A stretch of 64,000 nt of DNA, from assembly GCA_040755995.1 (NCBI GenBank), contig JBFMAF010000032.1, positions 355,212 through 419,211 on the forward strand, read 5' to 3'. This document shows positions 58,045 through 64,000 of this stretch, in pieces. The first letter of the stretch is position 1, and every line of letters begins with the position of its first letter. Source of the DNA: Acidobacteriota bacterium. GTDB lineage: Bacteria > Acidobacteriota > CAIWXX01. The translations under genes were made by a program, and so were the position numbers. The notes below the pieces were generated by a model. It had not been told where the DNA came from. It saw only the letters and a list, made by a program, of their open reading frames with translations, and made no database searches.

Positions 58045-58896
58045 CTATGCGTACAGGTAGAAGCCCTTTCCGCTCTTCTTGCCCAGGAAGCCCGCATCCA
58101 CCATCTTGCGGAGCAGAGGGCAGGGTCGGTACTTCGGATCGCCGAAGCCCTCGTAGAGGACTTCCATGATCTGCAGGCAGACGTCCAGGCCGATGAAATC
58201 CGCCAGCGTCAGAGGCCCCATCGGGTGATTCATGCCGAGCTTCATCACGGTGTCGATGGCCTCTTTAGTGGCTACCCCTTCCATCAGGGCGCAGATCGCT
58301 TCGTTAATCATCGGCATCAGGATCCGGTTGGAGATGAACCCCGGGTAGTCATTCACCTCGACCGGCGTCTTCCCGACGGCGGCGGTGAGATCCATGATCG
58401 CCTTAAGAGTCTCGTCTGAGGTGGCGGCGCCCTTGATGATCTCGACCAGCTTCATGAGCGGCACGGGGTTCATGAAGTGCATTCCGATCACATCAGCCGG
58501 ACGCCTGGTGGCGGATGCCAGCCGCGTGATCGGTATCGACGATGTGTTCGACGCCATGATCGCCTGCGGGGCCAGCATAGAGTCGAGTCTCTTCATGAGC
58601 TCGCGCTTGGCCTCCTCGTTCTCGAAGATCGCCTCGATCGCGAGGTCCGCGTTCTTCCCGTCCTCGAGCGATACCGTGTAGGTCAGGTTGGCCACGGCCC
58701 CCGCCCGCTGCTCCTCCTTGACCGTCCCCTTCTCCGCCAGCCTGGCCAGACTCTTCTCGATCGAACCCTTCGCGCGCGCCAATTGCGATTCGACCACATC
58801 GTACAGGAACACCTTGTAGCCTGCGGTGGCGAGAACCTGGGCGATGCCGTTCCCCATCGTCCCGGCCCCGCAAACCAACATCTGTTTGAAATCCAT
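58045..58896 (-). CDS. hbd: 3-hydroxybutyryl-CoA dehydrogenase
   Basis: [42 protein letters not shown]. Confidence 0.93.
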   Translation of the reverse strand: MDFKQMLVCGAGTMGNGIAQVLATAGYKVFLYDVVESQLARAKGSIEKSLARLAEKGTVKEEQRAGAVANLTYTVSLEDGKNADLAIEAIFENEEAKRELMKRLDSMLAPQAIMASNTSSIPITRLASATRRPADVIGMHFMNPVPLMKLVEIIKGAATSDETLKAIMDLTAAVGKTPVEVNDYPGFISNRILMPMINEAICALMEGVATKEAIDTVMKLGMNHPMGPLTLADFIGLDVCLQIMEVLYEGFGDPKYRPCPLLRKMVDAGFLGKKSGKGFYLYA

Positions 58897-58989
58897 GATG
58901 TCCTTTCTCCTATGATGAGTTCACTCGTTTCGACGGCCAATAGGATACCGCGCCTCCGGGTCTGAGGAAACCCCCGGGGTTGGAGGCAG

Positions 58990-59023
58990 GAGTAGAGAGT
59001 GGAGAGTAGAGAGTGGAGAGTGG
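58990..59023. repeat. (AGAGTRG)n heptamer array
   Basis: gagtagagagtggagagtagagagtggagagtgg. Confidence 0.8.
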
Positions 59024-59061
59024 CCCATCGAGCACGAAAGACATGTTGTATCGATATGGCG

Positions 59062-59496
59062 CTAACGCGCCTGCCTGACTTTGCGTGGGTGCGTCGGTCC
59101 CGGCCTCGGCGCGCTCTTCCGCCGCGGGCGCGAACGCGATGCGCGTGCGGGGCGGCTCGCCTTCTGCTTCCTCGGCCTCGTCGCCCGGCGGCGCCTTCTG
59201 CCCGCCGTGTCGCCCTCCGCCGCGGCGACAAATTCGATGCGCGACGGGGCGTGAGGTCCCAGGCAGCGGAGTTTCTGGATGATCTCCGGCCCCAGTTGTT
59301 CCATCTGCCTCTTCCATTGGAGGCTCGCACACCGCACGCGGATCGAATCGCCCTGCCAGTCCACCACGGTGGTCCTGCGCGCGTTGGTCGCGCCGACGGC
59401 ACGAGGCCACAGGCCTCGGATCAAAGCCATCCGGTACCCGCGTGGGTCGGCGAGAGTCTGGCCCGCCTCGATCAGAACGCTTAACAGCGACTTCAT
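59062..59496 (-). CDS. DUF721/DciA family protein
   Basis: WPRAVG..ARRT..IRVRCASLQWKRQM..EIIQKL; ATGA overlap with the upstream gene. Confidence 0.75.
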   Translation of the reverse strand: MKSLLSVLIEAGQTLADPRGYRMALIRGLWPRAVGATNARRTTVVDWQGDSIRVRCASLQWKRQMEQLGPEIIQKLRCLGPHAPSRIEFVAAAEGDTAGRRRRRATRPRKQKASRPARASRSRPRRKSAPRPGPTHPRKVRQAR

Positions 59497-60470
59497 TTGC
59501 GCTGCGTCTCGGGACCGCCGGCCTCCACCCCGGAGATCCCCGGGCCTGGCATCTGAGCCTTGGTCGACCCTTGTTGCCACTGGTCCAGCAGAGCGGTCAT
59601 CTGCGGATCGTCGCCAAGAGACTGGTCGAGACTCACCACCTTGCAAACGAGCCTGTCAACCACGTCGCCCGACGGATAGGCATCGACCTTGCCGACGTAC
59701 TTGCCCTGGTCGCCCGCGTAGAGCACCAGCGTGCCGTTCACGAAATCGGGTCGATCGAGGGTCGCGAAAGAGCCGTCGCACCCGAGGATCATGTCAATAC
59801 CGTCGACCTGCGCGGCCATCCGCTCTGCCTCGTCGCGGGGCAGACTTGCGAGCACCACGATCAGGTGAACCTGCGGCCGAAGCTCCTTGACCTGTTTCGC
59901 TGCGGCCTCGATCGGATCGACGGCCACGAGCGAGCTGCCGCCGGGGAGCCTGGCCTGGGAGCTGTTCTTCTGGCTCACACCCAGGAAGGCCACCTTGTAC
60001 CTCCCGTCTACCGCCGCGACATGGCAGGCGCGGAAGTGCGGCAACAGCGTGCGCGAATCTACTACGTTCGTAGAAACGAACGGGAACCTGGCCCTGGATG
60101 CGACGTCCAGGAAGAACCGGGGATCCAGCCTGATATCCTTGAAGCTGGCGTTGGCCGCGGTATAGCCCAGCAGTCCCATCGCATCCACCAGGAGCTGGGT
60201 CTGTGCCTTGTCGTCGGTCGAAGCAGAGTCGAGCAGGCGCCCGGCGTCGGCCTTGAGCATGACCGGCACCCTCCTGGCCTCCTGCGCGAAAAACGCGGCT
60301 CTTCTGGGAAGACCTCCCAGCGGCTTGTCCTTTCAGCCGCAAGGATACAGGTGACTCCGCACCTCACCGGTGTAGCAAATGCTGAACGCCGGATTCGGAG
60401 TAGTCTGCGATTCCGAGGCTCCCTGCGCCACGAACGAGGCCGCGATCAGCGCCAACGCCAGTCTCTTCAC
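59493..60470 (-). CDS. UshA/5'-nucleotidase-like selenoprotein (CGU motif, Sec46)
   Basis: SD GGAGG plus GTG at 60470, signal peptide, YTGEVRSHLYPCG-TGA(60333-60335)-KDKPLGGLPRRA, in frame with ORF 59493..60269; SECIS-like hairpin follows. Confidence 0.85.
60304..60320 (-). promoter_or_regulatory. Bacterial SECIS-like hairpin
   Basis: CTGGGA-GGTCT-TCCCAG starting 12 nt after the UGA, with a G-initiated loop. Confidence 0.7.
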
Positions 60471-60493
60471 AACCACCTCCTACTGCAATCTAG

Positions 60494-60579
60494 CAAAGGC
60501 AAAACGCAAAATGCAAAGTGCAAGATGCAAAATGAGGACTTCTGCATCCTGCCCTTTTGCATTTTGCACTTTGCATTGC
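60494..60579. repeat. Inverted (AAATGCA)n / (TTTTGCA)n heptamer arrays
   Basis: ..gcaaaatgcaaagtgcaagatgcaaaatg .. cttttgcattttgcactttgcattgc between divergent genes. Confidence 0.82.
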
Positions 60580-60608
60580 TACGCTAGTGCGCACGAGAGA
60601 GGAATACC

Positions 60609-61394
60609 TTGAAGAGCATCGCCAGAAGATTCATCGATGCGCTCGGGAGGGGCGAGACACAACCGAGCCCCGCGCCGGGCGGCTTCATCGACTCGCTGCT
60701 CCAGACCTTCGAGAACTGCCGCCCGGGGCTCTCCGACGAGTTGATCGACGAGGGAGAGGAGAGGGTCCGGCGGTTCTTCGCGGAGATCTACGAGAAGGAG
60801 GTCCCGCGCCTTCAGAGTACTATGCAGGTGCAGGAGGCGCATCTGCCGGAGCCCACGCGCGTGCGGTTCATCGGGGAGGTGGATGAGCTGATCCGGAAGG
60901 TGCTCATCCCGGCCTACGCGCGGCTCGCCTGCCGGTACACGCCGCGCGAGCGAAACGACTTCTACTTCACACCCGACGCGCTTCACATACTGGAGCGTGT
61001 GGGGTGGTGCGTGGCGGGGATGGCGGTCGGAGGCTTCATCGTCTGGGCGCCGTTCATCCCGCTCTGGTCGAAAGAGTGGGTTCTGCCCTTCGCCGTCGGC
61101 GGCCTCTTCTTCCCGAACCTCAGGCGGCTGTTCGCGATCAAGCGGTACGAGTCCGAGCTCAATCGCCTGGTCGTGCGAACCGATCATGAAATCTACAGGA
61201 TCGAAATGGCATATCTCACGCGAGAAGGGGTGCTGGCGAAGGAGCCTGCGGAGCTTGAGTCGACCGGGGCCGTGGTCGGCGAAGGCGAGCTCGCGGAGAG
61301 CCCGCCTGCGGAGCTGCCGGCCGACCCCCTTGCCTCCCGGCCTCGGGAGAAACCGATCCCGCTGGAGAGCGGTCGCAAGAAAGGAGGGATCTGA
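60609..61394 (+). CDS. Hypothetical membrane protein
   Basis: Two TM segments, SD GAGG, coupled to the next gene. Confidence 0.7.
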   Translation: MKSIARRFIDALGRGETQPSPAPGGFIDSLLQTFENCRPGLSDELIDEGEERVRRFFAEIYEKEVPRLQSTMQVQEAHLPEPTRVRFIGEVDELIRKVLIPAYARLACRYTPRERNDFYFTPDALHILERVGWCVAGMAVGGFIVWAPFIPLWSKEWVLPFAVGGLFFPNLRRLFAIKRYESELNRLVVRTDHEIYRIEMAYLTREGVLAKEPAELESTGAVVGEGELAESPPAELPADPLASRPREKPIPLESGRKKGGI

Positions 61395-62551
61395 TGGTAC
61401 GCATCGCCTCGGCCGAGACGGCCGTCGCATCGTTCAAGTCATCCTTCAGGCGGTTCCTGTTCTGGGGCGGCGGCGTCCTGATCGTCGTCGCGATCTTCTA
61501 CGGAGCCTGCACGGCGAAGGTGCCGGCCAACCAGTTCGGCGTCGAACAGAAGAAGTTCGGCTTCAAGACCGGCATCGTCGATCGCATCTACGGTCCGGGG
61601 CTCTACTTCGTCGGCATCGGAGTCACCATCCATACGTTCCCGCGGGAGATACACGTCCTCGAGGCCACCTACGACCGCCAGGAGTCGCTCAGCAAGGCCG
61701 AGCAACGGGGGGTGACGGAGAGTGTGGAGGAGTATTTCGAGCGGCGCGACCGGCTCCTGGGCAACGCGACGCACCGTGTCATCGAGGCCCTCAACATCCA
61801 GACATCTGACGGCTACGCCGTGACCGCTGACGTGACGCTCCTGTACTCGATCACCGACCCGGTGCGGGTTGCGAAGGACTTCGGGTGGGGCTCGCTATAC
61901 ATCGACTCCTTCGTGATCAACACGTTCCGGAACGGCGTTCTGACGACACTGGGCAAGATGAACGCCGAGAGCTTCTACGACGAGGCCAAGCGCATCCAGG
62001 CGGTGGGCGAGGCGGAGGCGGAGTTAAGGCGGCGGTTCAAGGAGCGGGGCTTCGCTGTAGAGAAGCTCCTGCTGCGCAACTACCAGTACGCACGTGACTA
62101 CGAGAAAGCACTGCATGACAAGAAGGTGGCGGTGCAGCTGGCGGAGAAGAACAGGAAGGAGACGCTCGTCAACGAGGAAAAGGCGAAGCAGCGGCAGATC
62201 GAATTCAAGGGAAACGCCGCGATCACGATCGCCGAGTCCGAGGTGATGGCGCAGATCGCGAGGATCAGGGCCGAGGCCGAGCTGTACTCGTCGCAAACAC
62301 GAGCGAAGGGGGACAAGGAGTACAACATCGCGAATGCCGAGGCCAAGCGGCTGAAGGCGGAAGCGCTCACGCACGCCGGCGGCCGGTATGTGGTCGGGTT
62401 GGAGGTTGCCAAGATGTTCGACAACATCGAAGGGGCGGTGATGACGCCCGAGCAGTACATCGCGTTCATACGCAACGCCTGGGCGATCGTTGGGGTGAGC
62501 GCAGGCGGATCCGCGTCGGCCGCGCCCGCGGGCGCAGGGAAGGAGAAGTGA
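61394..62551 (+). CDS. SPFH/band-7 domain protein
   Basis: TM anchor, GPGLYF, IQTSDGYAVTADVTLLYSI, AEA-rich coiled coil. Confidence 0.85.
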   Translation: MVRIASAETAVASFKSSFRRFLFWGGGVLIVVAIFYGACTAKVPANQFGVEQKKFGFKTGIVDRIYGPGLYFVGIGVTIHTFPREIHVLEATYDRQESLSKAEQRGVTESVEEYFERRDRLLGNATHRVIEALNIQTSDGYAVTADVTLLYSITDPVRVAKDFGWGSLYIDSFVINTFRNGVLTTLGKMNAESFYDEAKRIQAVGEAEAELRRRFKERGFAVEKLLLRNYQYARDYEKALHDKKVAVQLAEKNRKETLVNEEKAKQRQIEFKGNAAITIAESEVMAQIARIRAEAELYSSQTRAKGDKEYNIANAEAKRLKAEALTHAGGRYVVGLEVAKMFDNIEGAVMTPEQYIAFIRNAWAIVGVSAGGSASAAPAGAGKEK

Positions 62552-63588
62552 TGCGATACACACTGATCGGCCTGAGTCTCTTCGCGATCCTCGTCCTCTG
62601 CAGCTGCGGCGCAACGTCCTCCACCGAGGTGGGCGTGCGCACCAACATGTTCGGCATTCTCGAAAAACGCGGTTATCAGCAGGTGTACCAGCCCGGCGGC
62701 ATCTACTTCTTCCTGCCCGTCGTGAACAGCTGGAATACGCTCCCCATCTCGCAGCAGAACCTCATCATGAACGCGAATCCCTCGGAAGGCGACCGGCCTC
62801 TCCCGGACGATATCACGTTCAAGACCAAGGACGGCAACAACGTCTACATCGACGTGAACGTGATGTGGCGGATCGACCCGACCAAGGCCGGCTACATCGT
62901 CTCGAATGTGGGGCAGAGCATCGACGAGATCAAGGAACGGGTGGTGCGGCCGATATGCAGATCGGTCATCCGCGACGTGTATAACGAGATCACGAGTGAG
63001 GAGTACTACCAGGTCACGATCAAGAACGAGATGGCGGCGAAGGCCAAGGGCCAGCTTGCCAAGGAACTGGCCTCGCACGGTGTCGTCGTCGACATGCTCC
63101 AGGTCCAGCAGCACAGGTTCGACCCGGAGTACCAGGCGGCGATCAACGCGCAGAAGCAGGCCGAGGCCGACGTTCAGACGCTGATCGAGCAGCAGAAGAA
63201 CATGGAGGTGCAGAAGCAGAGCGAGCTGCAGGCGAAGCGCGCGGAGTGGAACAGGCAGATGGAAGACGCGCTGGGCGCCGCGGGCCGCATCAAGAACGAG
63301 GCCGACGGGTACTACCAGGTCAAGACGAACCAGGCCAAGGCTATCATCGCAGTGGCTCAAGCCGAGGCCGAAGGGGTGCGAAAGGAAGCCGAGGCCCTCG
63401 GCAAGATGGGCGGCGATGCCTATGTCAAGATGCAGCTCGCGAAGCAGTTCGCAAACAAGAGAATCCTGATCGTCCCCGGCTCGAACGTCTCGACGATGAA
63501 CGTGAACGAGCTCGTCGGCTATCTGATCGGCAAGGCCCAGCAGGAGGCCGCGCAGCAGCAGCCGGCGCAGGAACAACAGCAGCAGTGA
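62551..63588 (+). CDS. SPFH/prohibitin-family protein
   Basis: QPGGIYFF, FKTKDGNNVYIDVNVMWRID, coiled coil. Confidence 0.88.
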   Translation: MRYTLIGLSLFAILVLCSCGATSSTEVGVRTNMFGILEKRGYQQVYQPGGIYFFLPVVNSWNTLPISQQNLIMNANPSEGDRPLPDDITFKTKDGNNVYIDVNVMWRIDPTKAGYIVSNVGQSIDEIKERVVRPICRSVIRDVYNEITSEEYYQVTIKNEMAAKAKGQLAKELASHGVVVDMLQVQQHRFDPEYQAAINAQKQAEADVQTLIEQQKNMEVQKQSELQAKRAEWNRQMEDALGAAGRIKNEADGYYQVKTNQAKAIIAVAQAEAEGVRKEAEALGKMGGDAYVKMQLAKQFANKRILIVPGSNVSTMNVNELVGYLIGKAQQEAAQQQPAQEQQQQ

Positions 63589-63617
63589 AGTATGAAGTGT
63601 GAAGTATGAAGTGTGAA
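63585..63617. repeat. (GAAGTRT)n heptamer array
   Basis: gtgaagtatgaagtgtgaagtatgaagtgtgaa starting at the stop codon. Confidence 0.82.
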
Positions 63618-64000
63618 AGGAGATGTGCGGGCAGGCGATGCCGGCCTGCCCGGTGAGGTGGAGTTCAACTGCCGCCGGTTATCGGGGCGGATGTCGCCTC
63701 AGCGACGATACTGCCAATTTCCTGAGCGTCGCCAGCTTCCCGATCTCGATCGGCGCCCCCGACGCTGTCGGTGGTGTGGCCTGGAGGTCGTAGGTGTCGG
63801 ACGGCACTGCCATCCGATACTGTCCCTTCTTGTCCGTTATGCAGAACGCCCCGATCCAATCGGGCGCGGCACCTCTAGCGCATGTTTGCAGGCGAGTGCG
63901 AAAACTGGGCTGAAACGATGAGAAGCTGGATGAGGTGAGTGTGGAATTTACGACAGACGTAGAGCACTTCTCGAAAAGTGTAGTGACCACCGACGTCGAA

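Noticed and set aside
63679..64000. Minus-strand ORF at the right edge (..TDKKGQYRMAVPSDTYDLQATPP..)
   Set aside because: Possibly a fragment of a carboxypeptidase-regulatory-like domain, but too short and edge-limited to call.

Overview
GC-rich bacterial chromosome segment. The rpsA-sppA-IHF-HIT gene order resembles Acidobacteriota, but taxonomy is not established here. Left end: a Csd6-like L,D-peptidase, a DUF4388-like membrane protein and a Csd4/M99-like carboxypeptidase, then an AAA ATPase, alanine dehydrogenase and a CoA transferase. About 8-38 kb is an accessory and signalling region: three toxin-antitoxin pairs, a Uma2 nuclease, many two-component proteins (including a 16-repeat poly-HAMP kinase with CheR/CheB), a diguanylate cyclase and a four-helix-bundle protein. 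Most gene junctions in this region carry a copy of a dispersed element: an 84-bp core between inverted (GAATGCG)n heptamer arrays, plus a fixed-orientation tail. The core occurs in both orientations relative to its flanks. The right part holds housekeeping and metabolic genes, deleted AAA-nuclease paralogs, a 5'-truncated group II intron, a TPP riboswitch ahead of a TonB receptor and SSS transporter, a UshA-like selenoprotein (CGU plus SECIS) missed by the ORF track, and an SPFH operon. All family calls come from motif recognition by eye; no searches were run.
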